Shown: positions 51,835 to 62,479 of the stretch, piece by piece
Layout: the number at the start of each line of letters is the position of its first letter
Position numbering within the stretch: position 1 is the first letter of the stretch
NCBI GenBank assembly: GCA_965248925.1
Contig: CBDFLE010000006.1
Coordinates: 384,001-448,000 of the forward strand
Length of the DNA stretch: 64,000 bases
Direction of reading: 5' to 3'
Source: Candidatus Multivoradales bacterium
Lineage (GTDB): Bacteria; Acidobacteriota; Thermoanaerobaculia; Multivoradales; J023
Notes under the pieces: model-generated
What the model saw: only the letters and a program-made list of their open reading frames with translations
The model's database searches: none
What the model was told of the DNA's origin: nothing
Made by a program: the position numbers and the translations under genes

Positions 51835-53208
51835 TCACCTCGACTGCTGAAGGACTGCCTCGGCAACCTCGACGATCGGCGGCAGGTCCAATTCGAGGAC
51901 CCAGAAGGACCCAAGGTAGCCGGCCTTTTCGACCACCTCGGCCGCTCCCGGGACTTCCAAGTGGAAAGAGCGATCGCTTTCCAACCGGCAGACGAGGGGT
52001 TGACCGACATAGGGATCTGTCGCCTGAAAGGCGTTCAAACCCTGGCAACCCGCGCCATAGGCACCCTGGCTCAACCCCTGCCCGCGCACCTCCAAAGCAG
52101 CTCCGATCAACTGCCTTTGGCTCATCGCTAGCTGACTCTTGGCGATCGTGCCGCGGTAGGCCGATTCCAGGCCGTGCGACGCTGATCCGCGGTTTCCGCC
52201 GGCCAAAAAATGCTCCGGACTCAAGGCGTAGGGCTGATCGACCAGCCCTACCGCCACCCGGCCTGAATCGAGTAGACCCGCGGCGCGCCGATGGCCGGAA
52301 AAGAAGATGCGCCAGCTGGAGTCGCCTTCCGCCTGCGGCATCTCCGCACGCCCTTGTAGGGTTGCCAAGCTGGTCACCGCGGCATCTAGAGCGACCATCT
52401 TCCTGCCGACGGCCAGCAGATCATCCTGCGGCAGCCGCTGCTGCAAGCGCTCGACCAGCTGCGGATCGGCCGCCCAAGACTGCTCGGAGCTCAGCACCTC
52501 AGCGATTCCCTGCAACAGGAGCCTTTCAGTCACATGAGCGATCAGCGAGAAGATCAGGATGGTCTCGCGCCGCAAGCTGTCGGTGAGCCGCGCCAAGATA
52601 TCGAGGGCTACCAACCCAGCCGCCAGGTCGCCCTTGGCAAGAGCTAATCTGGCATCGATGTTGACCAGATGACCAGCATTGAGCAGCTCGATGAGATTGG
52701 GAATCTCGGCGTCGATCAGATCCTCGTAATCCAGCTGGTAGCTCGAACCCGCACAGGGAACCGCCCGCCGCAGGGTGTCGAGGCCGCCGCGGTTGCGATC
52801 CACCAGATCCTCGGCCTGAGCGGCCTGCTGTTCCGTCCAGCGAGCCGTTGGAGTTGCGCTGAGCTGGCGGCGGAAGCTGGTGAAGTCGGCATCCAAGACC
52901 AGCGCCTTGGCGCCAGCGACCAGCCAACGAGCCGCGTTGTCAGACGGGCCAGGCACCGGCGGAGCCAATGAGGCGAGCTGCGCCGGTAACCCTGCCGCAG
53001 AGAAATCCAGCTGTTGATCCGCCAGCTCGCTAGCGAACTGCTCCGCCGCCTGCGAGTAGCTCGCCCGGCCCCGCAGATGAATGCCCAGGCTGACGATCAG
53101 ACCCAGTAGCAGCAGGCCCGCCAGAGTCAGGCCGAGGTAGCGAGCTGGGTTGGCTTGGGTAGCTCGAGGGTCGAGGTCGGTCATGGCTAGCTCCTGCAAG
53201 AGATTCAA
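51835..53208 (-). CDS. Membrane-anchored helical hypothetical protein
   Basis: Single N-terminal TM; long ORF overlapping the upstream gene; DPYVGQPL. Confidence 0.75.
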   Translation of the reverse strand: MNLLQELAMTDLDPRATQANPARYLGLTLAGLLLLGLIVSLGIHLRGRASYSQAAEQFASELADQQLDFSAAGLPAQLASLAPPVPGPSDNAARWLVAGAKALVLDADFTSFRRQLSATPTARWTEQQAAQAEDLVDRNRGGLDTLRRAVPCAGSSYQLDYEDLIDAEIPNLIELLNAGHLVNIDARLALAKGDLAAGLVALDILARLTDSLRRETILIFSLIAHVTERLLLQGIAEVLSSEQSWAADPQLVERLQQRLPQDDLLAVGRKMVALDAAVTSLATLQGRAEMPQAEGDSSWRIFFSGHRRAAGLLDSGRVAVGLVDQPYALSPEHFLAGGNRGSASHGLESAYRGTIAKSQLAMSQRQLIGAALEVRGQGLSQGAYGAGCQGLNAFQATDPYVGQPLVCRLESDRSFHLEVPGAAEVVEKAGYLGSFWVLELDLPPIVEVAEAVLQQSR

Positions 53209-53594
53209 GAGGCAAGGTCGCCGCCCAGCGGCGAGAGGTAGGATCGATGGGTGCTTCGCCAGCTGGACAGCGAAGCCTCCTCACGCAGCGGATGCCGGGC
53301 GAGAAAAGGAGCCAGATCAGGCTCGACGAGCAGCGCGCCGCTGGTCGGAAGCTGGCTCTTTTTCGGCGCGACTTCCGCGGTCATCCCGGCCGCCAATAGC
53401 AGCTGGACGCCGAGCAGCAGGACCACGGTCGTCGCCCAGGCCCAGCGCAAGCGGCGGTCTCGCCACAGCCGATCAACCAGCGGAGGCTGGGAGCCGGCGG
53501 CGGCCCGAGCACGGCTCAAGAGACGCTGCCGTAGGGCCGCGGGCAAGTTCGGAGGCCGCATACCGGAGAAGGGATCAGGCAAATGCTGCTTCAT
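53205..53594 (-). CDS. Putative anti-sigma factor (single TM)
   Basis: Overlaps the ECF sigma stop; PPNLPAALRQRLL followed by a TM segment. Confidence 0.6.
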   Translation of the reverse strand: MKQHLPDPFSGMRPPNLPAALRQRLLSRARAAAGSQPPLVDRLWRDRRLRWAWATTVVLLLGVQLLLAAGMTAEVAPKKSQLPTSGALLVEPDLAPFLARHPLREEASLSSWRSTHRSYLSPLGGDLAS

Positions 53595-54181
53595 CTTTGA
53601 ACTCCCATGATCCGGCGCAGCCGACGCAGCGCCAGTCGGTACCGGCTGGCGGCGGTGAAGGTGGGAATCCCCATCACCCCACCGATCTCGCGAAACGACA
53701 GCTCGACGAAATGTCTGAGATAGACCACCGCTCGTTGGCCCTCTGGCAACCGACTTAGATGGCGGCTGAGGCGGTGCGCCTCCACCGTGCGTTCTTGCCC
53801 GGCCTCGACCAGCCCGGCCGGCTCCTGCGGCTCACCGCCCTGGTGGCGACGGCGCTGGCGCAGGGTATCGATGGCCGCCGAGTGGACCATCCGTAGCAGA
53901 TAAGCGAACGGGCTGCGTACAGTGCCCAGCCGACCGCGCTCGGCAGCCCTGGCGAGGCCGATGAAAACCTCCTGCAAGGCATCCTCGGCATCCTGCGACG
54001 AGCCCGTCCGCCACAGCGCCAGGCCGTGCAGGTCGGTCGCGCAGAGCTGCCAAACGCCTTCCAGAGCTGCCAGCCGACCGGGCCCCAACAGGCCGAACAT
54101 CCGCCCTAGTTCGAGGTTGCGCTTCTCAGCCTTGGTCACCAAGGCTACCTCGGGGGTTTCGATGCTCACAGCCAGTCTCAT
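53591..54181 (-). CDS. ECF RNA polymerase sigma-70 factor
   Basis: DAEDALQEVF, YLLRMVHSAAIDTLR, LPEGQRAVVYL, LSFREIG, TAASRYRLALRRLR. Confidence 0.9.
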   Translation of the reverse strand: MRLAVSIETPEVALVTKAEKRNLELGRMFGLLGPGRLAALEGVWQLCATDLHGLALWRTGSSQDAEDALQEVFIGLARAAERGRLGTVRSPFAYLLRMVHSAAIDTLRQRRRHQGGEPQEPAGLVEAGQERTVEAHRLSRHLSRLPEGQRAVVYLRHFVELSFREIGGVMGIPTFTAASRYRLALRRLRRIMGVQR

Positions 54182-54361
54182 GCCCCATACGACGCGGTGG
54201 CCCTTCCCTTTTGTCACTTCGAAGGCAGAAATCTTCGGCGAGCCTATCCTGCAACCGCGATCTCGACCCCTACCGACCATCTTTCTGCCACGATTCCGCC
54301 TCTCTTGCACCACACTGATCTCCCACGCTCGGATTCGAACCCACGGAATTGGAGAATCGCG

Positions 54362-54827
54362 ATGCCCAAGCCAACAAGCCTCCATCTGCTGCTCCTCTGC
54401 CTCCCGTTCAGTTCTTGCCTGGGCTGTCAGATCCTCGACATATTGATTCAGGAGCGGTGGGAGGGAGATACGGTCACCGTCAGAAGAGTCTTGCTCGACG
54501 AGTACCACCTCGGCTTCGAACGCCTGCGTCTGATCGACGATAACCACCAGGCACGGTGGGAGTACTACTGCGATCAAGGGGTGGAGGATGGGTCAAGGGG
54601 TAGTGCGTGGGGTCGAAATCTCACCCCGAGGAATCGTCGCCTTGCAGGCCCAGGCCTCCTGCAAACTAACCATCGAGTTGCCCGTCGGCAAAATCCTCAA
54701 ACCGCCATACGAGTCGCGGTTCTGGGGCAAGAACGGCCCGGGCATTCAGCGCTATGACTTTCGGCAGCTGCTGCCACCAGAAGATATTGATGATGCGGCG
54801 GGCAGGCGTTCCAGCGAAAGCTTCTGA
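54362..54827 (+). pseudogene. Possible lipoprotein gene, apparently frameshifted near 54600
   Basis: GGAG RBS; MPKPTSLHLLLLCLPFSSCLGC lipobox; coding-like sequence continues in another frame to 54827. Confidence 0.35.
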
Positions 54828-54893
54828 TCGAGTGGCAGCAGCTCCAGCAAGCCAATGCGTAAGCCAGAGATTGGAATCGCAATACTGTGCGAA

Positions 54894-55883
54894 TCAGCCT
54901 TCCTTCGCAGAAGCGCGCCCTTGCTCGCGAGTTGCCGCGCGATAGGCACCAGCGGTGGCGTAGAGATCCTCAATCGCCAGACCCTGGGAAATAAACAGAG
55001 TGAGTTCAAGGGTCCCGCTTCGGCCCGGTTGACGACCGCTCAGGATTTCTCCGAGATCCGCCGCAATATGATTGCAATCGATGGCACCGTGATCAAGCGC
55101 CGCACGGATCTCACCCGACTCAATCAGCGCCGACTCCCGGCGATCGACCACAACCCGGCAAGCTTTGACGGTCTCTGGGTCGACCTCAGCGGCTTCTGGC
55201 ACGCTGGATCCAATGGCGTTGAGGTGGGTGCCGGGTGAAAGCCAGTCGAGATTCAACACGGGAGTGGACGAGGTGGTCAAGGTGGTCACCACATCGGCTC
55301 CGCGAACTGCCTGCTCGATGCTCTCGAAAGCCCGCACCGGGAAGTCGTAGCGCGGTTGCTGGTCGGCGGTGAAGGCTCGGGCATGGGCCATTTGGCTGCT
55401 CGCCACCCGAACTTCGTCGATCTCGATGACTTCGGCCAGGGCCCGCAGGTGGGGACCGGCCTGGTGGCCGCTACCGATCAGGGTCAGGATGCGGGCATCG
55501 CTGCGGGCGAGATACTCGGTCGCTAGGGCGGTCACCGCGGCGGTGCGAAGCGCGGTGATGGTACTGGCGTCGGCGGCAGCTCTCAGCTCACCGGTGTCGC
55601 CATCGAGCAGCAGCACCACCCCTTGGTGGGCGTCCATGCCACGTTCGGGGTTCGAAGGACAGATACAGACCGATTTGACAGCGAAAAAGGGCCTTTCGCC
55701 GCCGCTGTAACAAGGCATCACAGCCATCCAATTCGCGGTTTTGGCGGGACGGACAAAGAGCCTCTGTGGCTGCTCGGCAGTGTGGTCGGCCAGAGCAAGG
55801 AAAGCGCGTTTCATCTCCGCCCGGCAGCTGCTCGGTGTCAGTAGGCGGAGGATATCTTGACGCCCCAGGTTGAGGTAGACCAT
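54894..55883 (-). CDS. Ornithine cyclodeaminase / mu-crystallin family protein
   Basis: HQGVVLLLDGDTG, ITALRTAA, IGSGHQA, ADVVTTLT, HLNAIGS, SQGLAIEDL. Confidence 0.92.
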   Translation of the reverse strand: MVYLNLGRQDILRLLTPSSCRAEMKRAFLALADHTAEQPQRLFVRPAKTANWMAVMPCYSGGERPFFAVKSVCICPSNPERGMDAHQGVVLLLDGDTGELRAAADASTITALRTAAVTALATEYLARSDARILTLIGSGHQAGPHLRALAEVIEIDEVRVASSQMAHARAFTADQQPRYDFPVRAFESIEQAVRGADVVTTLTTSSTPVLNLDWLSPGTHLNAIGSSVPEAAEVDPETVKACRVVVDRRESALIESGEIRAALDHGAIDCNHIAADLGEILSGRQPGRSGTLELTLFISQGLAIEDLYATAGAYRAATREQGRASAKEG

Positions 55884-55956
55884 CAGTGGCTCCCGCGAGT
55901 TGCGCTCGATAAGACGCTGGTGAAGCCCGCGCCACGCCGCGCGCCACACCTGTGTA

Positions 55957-57777
55957 TCAGGTTTCCTTGGCGTGGAGGATATTCGACCGCCAGTCCGCGA
56001 AGCTCAGCTGGTCACGATTCTCGGAACTCCAGGAGCGCAGTTCAACGAGGATCTCCCAGTCCTGACAAGCCTTGGCTAGCTTGTCCGGATTGAAGCTGAT
56101 CTTGAGTCCCCTAGCATTGTCGCCCATTCCATCGAAGACGTGGGTCGCCAGCTCGCCAAGGATCCCAAAATCGACCTGTACACCTTGGGGCACCCTATTG
56201 TCGAGCACCAGGTACACCTCGAATTTGTCCTCTATCATCTTTTTGATCACCTGCTCGATTCGATCGCTTAGTTGATCGCTGCTCAGCTGGCTACGCTGGA
56301 TGATCAACAGCCGAAGCAGCTGGCCGGAAAAGCCGAGGAACGGCGCGTTGTACTTCGATGCTTCGGAGTTCGGCACATCGGTATCGAGCCAGAAGCCGAT
56401 GTCGTTGTTGCTCACCACCCTAATCGGCCCAGTACCCTCATGATCGGCCAGCTCGATCACTGGTCGCCAGACCTTCTGCCAATACGGTGGGCGGAAAGTC
56501 AGGTTCTGCCGCGCGAGATCCTCGAAGTCGCCCATCAAGGTGGCTCGCGCCTGGTCGAAAAAGGGCCCGGCGTTGGAAAACCTGTCTTCCCTGGACCAAG
56601 ATAGCCCCTGGCTCAGGGACTCTAGGACTGGAATAGCGAACTCGTTCTGGTCTTGGGTTTTTAGCTTGGCGCAAAGTGCACTCAGCTTGGACTCGACACG
56701 TCCCTCGCGGACCAGCAGGTCGGGATCGGATCGCACTTGACAAGCACGGTTGTAGTGATTGAGCTGGGCGTAGAAGGGAGCCTTGGCACCGAAGACCTCG
56801 ATCAGGGTAAATCCCAAATCGCCTTCACCTTCGAAAAGGCTCGGCGCGCTGTAGATATCGAGAACCTGATCTTTGTGCCGGTAAGTTACCAACCGCCGAT
56901 TGTGTTTGTGGCCGGTGAGCACCAAGTCGAAGCGATGGTTGATCAGTTCTTCAATCACTCTGCCTGCGTCCAGCACTGATTCGAATTGGGTCAGCTCGAT
57001 GTTGGTGTCGGGCAGCAGGTGGTGGTGTTGGAGGGCGATCCTGATCGGCCGTTCTTCCGGACCGAGAATATTATAGCTCTTGATTGCGCGGCGCTGGTGA
57101 GCGCCGATGGCGGCGATATCGAGTGATTTCGAGGTGATCTTGAGGGCAGCGACAACCTGCTGGCGCATCTCGTCGCTAAGGTCGAACGTGTCAAGCATAC
57201 GCCGGATTGCTTCCTGGCCGTGCTTCTCGGGTAGACCGGAGAAGGTCGGCGAGATCATCGACAGCAGCTCGATGTCGATGCCTTCGGCGAGTCGCTCCAG
57301 AGATGTCAGCAGAGGCTTGGGCTTGGCACCGGCGAAGTTCGGCGTCGAGAATTCGGAGGTGGCCTCGAAATAGCCACGGAAGCGTTCGGGTTGCTGTAGG
57401 CCGGAACTCCAGTCGACATCGTGATTGCCAGGTACGACAAAGATCCGGCTGGTGACCAGATTCAGGGCCTCGGCGAGCTTCTCGAGGAACCGACGGGCGG
57501 CATTGAAAGAGGCCTTTTTATCGGCTGGGGTCTGGCCACCGCCGCCGGTGACCAGATCACCGGTGACCAGGATCGCCTTGGGCCACTGCTCCTCGGAACG
57601 CTGCTCCAGCACCTGGGCTTTGAAGTCGGCGATGAAGCGCTTCGCCAGATCGTCTCTCATCTGGTCTTCGACCGGGCCGCCGTGCAACGCCTTGGCATCG
57701 ATCTGCTCGCGGCGGCCTTCGGGGCCGAAGTGGAGGTCGGAAATGTGTAGCAACTGAATAGTGCGGTAGTTCTGCAT
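55957..57777 (-). CDS. Calcineurin-like metallophosphoesterase fused to an uncharacterised C-terminal domain
   Basis: HISDLH, VTGDL, VPGNHD, LQHHH, LTGHKH; about 230 extra C-terminal residues. Confidence 0.88.
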   Translation of the reverse strand: MQNYRTIQLLHISDLHFGPEGRREQIDAKALHGGPVEDQMRDDLAKRFIADFKAQVLEQRSEEQWPKAILVTGDLVTGGGGQTPADKKASFNAARRFLEKLAEALNLVTSRIFVVPGNHDVDWSSGLQQPERFRGYFEATSEFSTPNFAGAKPKPLLTSLERLAEGIDIELLSMISPTFSGLPEKHGQEAIRRMLDTFDLSDEMRQQVVAALKITSKSLDIAAIGAHQRRAIKSYNILGPEERPIRIALQHHHLLPDTNIELTQFESVLDAGRVIEELINHRFDLVLTGHKHNRRLVTYRHKDQVLDIYSAPSLFEGEGDLGFTLIEVFGAKAPFYAQLNHYNRACQVRSDPDLLVREGRVESKLSALCAKLKTQDQNEFAIPVLESLSQGLSWSREDRFSNAGPFFDQARATLMGDFEDLARQNLTFRPPYWQKVWRPVIELADHEGTGPIRVVSNNDIGFWLDTDVPNSEASKYNAPFLGFSGQLLRLLIIQRSQLSSDQLSDRIEQVIKKMIEDKFEVYLVLDNRVPQGVQVDFGILGELATHVFDGMGDNARGLKISFNPDKLAKACQDWEILVELRSWSSENRDQLSFADWRSNILHAKET

Positions 57778-58217
57778 AAAGTTCCTCGGCCCAAGCTCTT
57801 GCCCGGTTGTGGACGAATGGTCAGGTCTGGGCGGAAAACGCTGAGTCCGATGTCACCTATATGCAGGTGAAGATTCTTGACCGAGATCCTCGTCCGTACT
57901 CAAATCACACTAATACGGGTTGTCTGGTTTCAGAATGTGTTTCCGATCACCGTTCGGCCCGCGCCGTAAGATCACCGATCTTCGGATGATAGGAGTTTGA
58001 GAGCTGCGACGCTACAGTACAAGACTGAGAAGCGCAAGGAAAAACACCACTCTTTCACGACTCATCGGAGCTGCTGTCGACGCTGTACCTGTGAGAAACG
58101 ACCGGTAAGAGATTCCAGAACTCCTGACCTACCCCCCCTCCGGAAATGTCCGGTTGATCCTCTCCAGAGGTACCCGGAGACCCTGCCGGAACGGGGTGCC
58201 GGAACGAGGTGCCCACC

Positions 58218-58540
58218 CTATTCGGAGCAAGGTTGCTTGGTGCCCTCGTCCGCAGCCGGCTCTGGCAGCGAGAACGTCTTGAGAGCAGCGCTCAGCTTTC
58301 TCCCAACGACTTTGTTGGCGGCATCGTCGGTATTGAGCAGCATTACGAAGCCGATTCCGCGATTGCGGTAGAACCCGACCTGGGCCGAAATTCCTGGATC
58401 CCGGCCACCGTGCTGAGCCGATCGATTGTCGCCAAGCACCCAATAGACACCGAAGGTCTCCCCTTCGGCCGCTCCCGGCAGCAATTCGCTCAACATCTGC
58501 TCGACGAACTCGGGTTGCAGAACCCGCCGCTGGTCGAAAC
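58218..58540 (-). pseudogene. C-terminal fragment of a beta-lactamase-family serine hydrolase
   Basis: RVLQPEFVEQM, FGVYW, HGGRDPGISA, GIGFVMLLN; no SxxK N-terminal half. Confidence 0.65.
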
Positions 58541-58673
58541 GACCGGCGCTTAGTGAGTGGACAATGCCGAGAAGCAACGCCAAACTTGCCGCCATTGTCA
58601 GATAGAGATTCACTGTCACTCCAGCACGAATTCGTCAGTAGAGGAGTGCTCTGACACCGCTCGCGCCGCGGCC

Positions 58674-60389
58674 CTACGGTTGAGCCAGGCAGATGTCTTC
58701 GCTGCCATCGATGCAGATCCGCCCTTCGAGGCGCGGCGCGATACCAGCCGGGCCAGCCGCCTTAAGGGCGTCGATCACCCACAGCTCCAGATCCACTGAG
58801 TCGCCGGTATCGACCTTAAGATCAGGCTTGAGCATCGTATAGCCGTCTTGATCGCCATTGGGATTGACCAGGAAGTCGACCGTCACGAGTAACAACTCCT
58901 CTTCAGGCGCTATCGCTCTGGGCCCGTCCGGGGTTAGTAGCGTCAAACGATCGACTTCTCCTTGTTGATCGTGACGATAAGCCAGGCCGGCGATCTGCAG
59001 GAAGTGACCGTTACCAACCCAATCACTGACTGAGTTCCTCAGCACCTGCTGGAGGACCGCACCACTGACCCGCAACAGCTGGAGGCGAGTGGAGTAAGGA
59101 AACATTGCTTCGAGATGCCGCCGAGTGATCTCGGTGCCGGCGGGCAGGTTCTGGTTGAGACGCAACCCCCCCGAGTTGAGAATCGCGATCTGCGCCCCAT
59201 GATCAGCAAGGGCAGCCAATGCCTGGTCGGCGAGCCAATTGCCGAAGTTGGTCTCGTAGCGACGAATGTCGAGTTCTTCCGCCACCAGACGATCGGCGGC
59301 GAGGCCGAGTACCTTGTCGACACAACCAGGGCTCTCCGCTGGTGTCTGCTCGCTACAGAATTCCACGTCGAAGCGGGCAAACCAGCCCTCGACCCGCGCC
59401 GCGACCTGCGGATCGGGCGGCGGCCCCTCGGGACCAAGCTGCTGATAGCGAAAGTCCACCCGCGGCGGCCCAGAGTCGTCGAGGGTTACTCGCACCACCG
59501 ACGCGCTGCGCACGTCGGCATCGGCCTTGATCACCAGCCGACCATCCACCGAGCGGCTCAGCCTCTGATGCTCATGACCGCCGATGATCAGGTCCGGACC
59601 GTCGTCACCGAGCGCGGCGAGCAGCTCCTGGTCGTCGCTCACCCGCAAATGGGTGAGAGCAACCACTACTTCAGCACCCCGCTGGCGCAGTTCGCGAGTC
59701 GCCCGGCGAGCCACCTCCAGCGGTGAGCGAAAACGATCGATGTACTCGGCCTGCTGCGAGTCTATGGTGAGACCGAACACACCAACCCGGACACCGCCGC
59801 TGTCGACCAGGATGGTGTCGAGCAGGTTATCGCCGTCGATCAACTCTCGCCCATCTTCGTCGTGACCAAAGTCGATATTGGTCTTGAGCCAACGGAATTC
59901 GCTCTGGTCGATGCGCTGGTCGAGCTGCGCGGCGTATTTCAGCTTGCTTCTGTCGAATTCATGATTGCCGAAGGTGACGATCAGCCGTGAGTCAAAGGCT
60001 GCGTCGTCACCGTCCAGCAAGTTCAACAGATCGACCATCTGGGCCCCCTTGAAGTGCCTGCTCAGCAGCGACGGCGACAGCAAATCCCCAGCATGGAGCA
60101 GCAGAAGATCGGGCGCCTCCTGTTCCAATTGCCGGCGCAGCGCGCGCAACCGCGCCATCCCCCCACTCGCGCCGCCATCAGCCCCCTCGATGTTGTAGAA
60201 GTCGTTGATGCCGAGGATGGTGAAGCTGCGCTGCGCCCCGCTGTCGCCGGCTTCGCCGTCTGCGCCCGAGGCGCCCACAACGGGCCGATCACGGCGAGTC
60301 GAGGTGCAGGCGGCGGCAAACAGCAGTCCGGCGGCCAGAAAAGCTGCCGCGATCCGGTGGGTCGTGCCCTTTGTCGTCACATTCATCAA
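58674..60389 (-). CDS. 5'-nucleotidase / bifunctional metallophosphatase lipoprotein
   Basis: Lipobox AAAC; GINDFY, HAGDLL, FGNHEFD, ALTHL, IGGHEH, ETNFGN, NSGGLR, GDQDGY. Confidence 0.93.
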   Translation of the reverse strand: MMNVTTKGTTHRIAAAFLAAGLLFAAACTSTRRDRPVVGASGADGEAGDSGAQRSFTILGINDFYNIEGADGGASGGMARLRALRRQLEQEAPDLLLLHAGDLLSPSLLSRHFKGAQMVDLLNLLDGDDAAFDSRLIVTFGNHEFDRSKLKYAAQLDQRIDQSEFRWLKTNIDFGHDEDGRELIDGDNLLDTILVDSGGVRVGVFGLTIDSQQAEYIDRFRSPLEVARRATRELRQRGAEVVVALTHLRVSDDQELLAALGDDGPDLIIGGHEHQRLSRSVDGRLVIKADADVRSASVVRVTLDDSGPPRVDFRYQQLGPEGPPPDPQVAARVEGWFARFDVEFCSEQTPAESPGCVDKVLGLAADRLVAEELDIRRYETNFGNWLADQALAALADHGAQIAILNSGGLRLNQNLPAGTEITRRHLEAMFPYSTRLQLLRVSGAVLQQVLRNSVSDWVGNGHFLQIAGLAYRHDQQGEVDRLTLLTPDGPRAIAPEEELLLVTVDFLVNPNGDQDGYTMLKPDLKVDTGDSVDLELWVIDALKAAGPAGIAPRLEGRICIDGSEDICLAQP

Positions 60390-60410
60390 GCTACTGTAGC
60401 GCGAATCGGC

Positions 60411-61118
60411 TCAGACCGAGCCCCCTGCAGCGTGATCGACGAGGACCTCGAACGAAGCATGGGTCCGCAGCAGAGAACAAGGCCATTGTGCAGTGGCGGG
60501 CCCATCGACCAGCCGCCGAATGGCCTCTGCCTTGCCGCCACCGGAAGCCATCAAGAGCAGATGCCGCGCATCGCGAAAAGCACCCATCCCCAAGGTGATG
60601 GCCCGCAATGGGCAATGGGATGAAGGCACCGCTAAAGATTCGGCCAACGAATCGCCCAATCGCACCAGATGGGTATGGTCGTCGATTTGCTCAGGCAAGT
60701 TGTAAGCAACATGGCCGTCCGCGCCCACGCCAAGAATCGCCAGGTCGAACCCGCCGGCAGCAGCCAGCGCCCGGTCGTAGCGCCGGCACTCAGCCGCTGG
60801 ATCGGCGCCGCTGTCCGGGATGTCGCAGCGGCTCCGATCGAGCCCGATGCAGCCCCAGGCGTGGCTCTCCATGAAGGAATGGAAACAGCTGGCGTGGCCT
60901 CGTGGCAGCAGCAACTCGTCAATGTTCAAGCCCCGCGCTCGCGACAGATCAAGCTGACCGTCGCGGAAGCGGCAAGCAAGCTCCTGGTAGAGAGGGACCG
61001 CGGTGCGACCGGTCGGCAGACCAAGGGTCAGATCCGGCTTGGCCGCCACCGCCTGGCAAACGAGGTCCGCGGCCCGGCGAGCCACCGCCTTGGCATCTTG
61101 ATACACCCTGACTTTCAC
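60411..61118 (-). CDS. nagB: Glucosamine-6-phosphate deaminase
   Basis: LGLPTGRT, NIDE, GGFDLAILGVGADGHVAYN, AITLGM, PCSLLRTH. Confidence 0.88.
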   Translation of the reverse strand: MKVRVYQDAKAVARRAADLVCQAVAAKPDLTLGLPTGRTAVPLYQELACRFRDGQLDLSRARGLNIDELLLPRGHASCFHSFMESHAWGCIGLDRSRCDIPDSGADPAAECRRYDRALAAAGGFDLAILGVGADGHVAYNLPEQIDDHTHLVRLGDSLAESLAVPSSHCPLRAITLGMGAFRDARHLLLMASGGGKAEAIRRLVDGPATAQWPCSLLRTHASFEVLVDHAAGGSV

Positions 61119-61387
61119 TCGCCGATCTCCTCGTCACCGTCAACATCTCAGCACCGTCGACCGCATCAGTCGCTACTCTCGCGCCCCTTCACTCAAGGAG
61201 CCAAACCGGCAACAGGTCGCTCAAAGTCAGAGCACCGGAGCGATGCGGCGCTGAGGATCTCATCGCGGTCACGATCGGTCAAGGAGGGGTCCGACAGACC
61301 CCCCGAAACCTCGCCAAGCCGAGGAAATCACTGTCCGGCTTTGGGGGCTACAGCGGCTCTGGCATCCGCCGCCTGCAGCTGACAGTA

Positions 61388-61970
61388 CCCGATCGTTGCA
61401 TAAGATCTCCCCTCAGGCGGCCGCTCCGAGCGTTCCGAGGTAGCTAAGAAACTCATGCTTGAATGCCCGATTTACCCCAAGAGTCCGCGTCAGGAATCCT
61501 TGTGGCCGAGTCCAACGACCAGCTAGCTGAACCAGGCGCCGTCGCAAGGTCGCAAGCCGTTCGAACTTCCACAGCGGCGCGCGCTTCTCGCTCGTCTGCC
61601 GCTCCGGCAGACGAATCTGCATCTGCAACTCGCGGTTGCGGTTGTGGGCAAAGATCGTTGCCAGCAGGTACACCTGATTCCCGAGCAGCTTGCGCACCGG
61701 AATGTAGTCCCTCTGCCCCTCGGAGTTCAGCTCACCGAAGATCGCTTCTTGGGCACCTCTGCCTTCGTGGAAGGCGACGGCGTGGCGCGCGGAGATCACC
61801 TTATTCATCACCACCACTTTGAATTCGTTGCCAATGACCTGGGGGATGAAGAGGTCCAATTGCAACGGCTCTTTGCGCTGCACGGCCTTGGCGGATCGAA
61901 TCGCGAGAAACCGAGCGCGGCGCTTCCAGCTCTTCGGCTTCCAGCGGAACTCGAAGTCGAAAACCTTTGT
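61388..61970 (-). mobile_element. IS1380-family transposase C-terminal remnant with terminal IR
   Basis: EPLQLDLF, FHEGRGAQEAIFGEL, TLRRRLVQLAGR; end ...TTATGCAACGATCGGG. Confidence 0.75.
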
Positions 61971-62185
61971 CGTGGCCACCGGATTCCAAGGCGTATCCGC
62001 CGCAGACGACCTGACGACGCTGGGGCGAGGAGGTTAAGACTTGACCGCGATAGCCTTGGCTGCCGCTGTCGTGGCCGAGTACTGCGAGATCCTGACCGAT
62101 GTGGACGGCATCTTCGACGCCGACCCTCGAATTGTCGAAGGCGCTCGGTGCATCGAGCAGACAAACCACCAAGTCGTCGAGGCAT
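61968..62185 (+). pseudogene. lysC: Aspartokinase internal fragment with an in-frame stop
   Basis: VVATGFQG...TTLGRGG*DLTAIALAAA...CEILTDVDGIFDADPRIV. Confidence 0.8.
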
Positions 62186-62479
62186 TTACTTGCCACGGCG
62201 CCCGCGACCGGCGGCTGTGGCGACCGCAGCCAGGCTGTAGATTTCGGTCGGCACCAGACCGCCCGTGCTGGTCGTTCCCAAGGCCGCTAAATCTGCCCGA
62301 GTGGCCTCGGAAAGAACCACATCCGTACCATTGGCTAGCAAGGGGCCGGCCACCACACCGCCAAGCACGACGCCGACAACGAAGAGTAGGTTCCACCTGC
62401 CGGTCTGGCGCCAATCGTAGTTCAGATAAGGACTCGCTGTAGCTTACCCTGAGAGACCCGCGAACCGATCGCCCTCCCA

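Noticed and set aside
54320-54350. GGGTTCGAATCC tRNA T-loop-like motif on the minus strand
   Set aside because: The T-stem does not pair and no cloverleaf or CCA end is evident
54182-54577. Long N-terminal extension of the ECF sigma ORF in the track
   Set aside because: Non-conserved-looking and overlaps a plus-strand lipoprotein-like ORF; the real start is probably near 54181 or later
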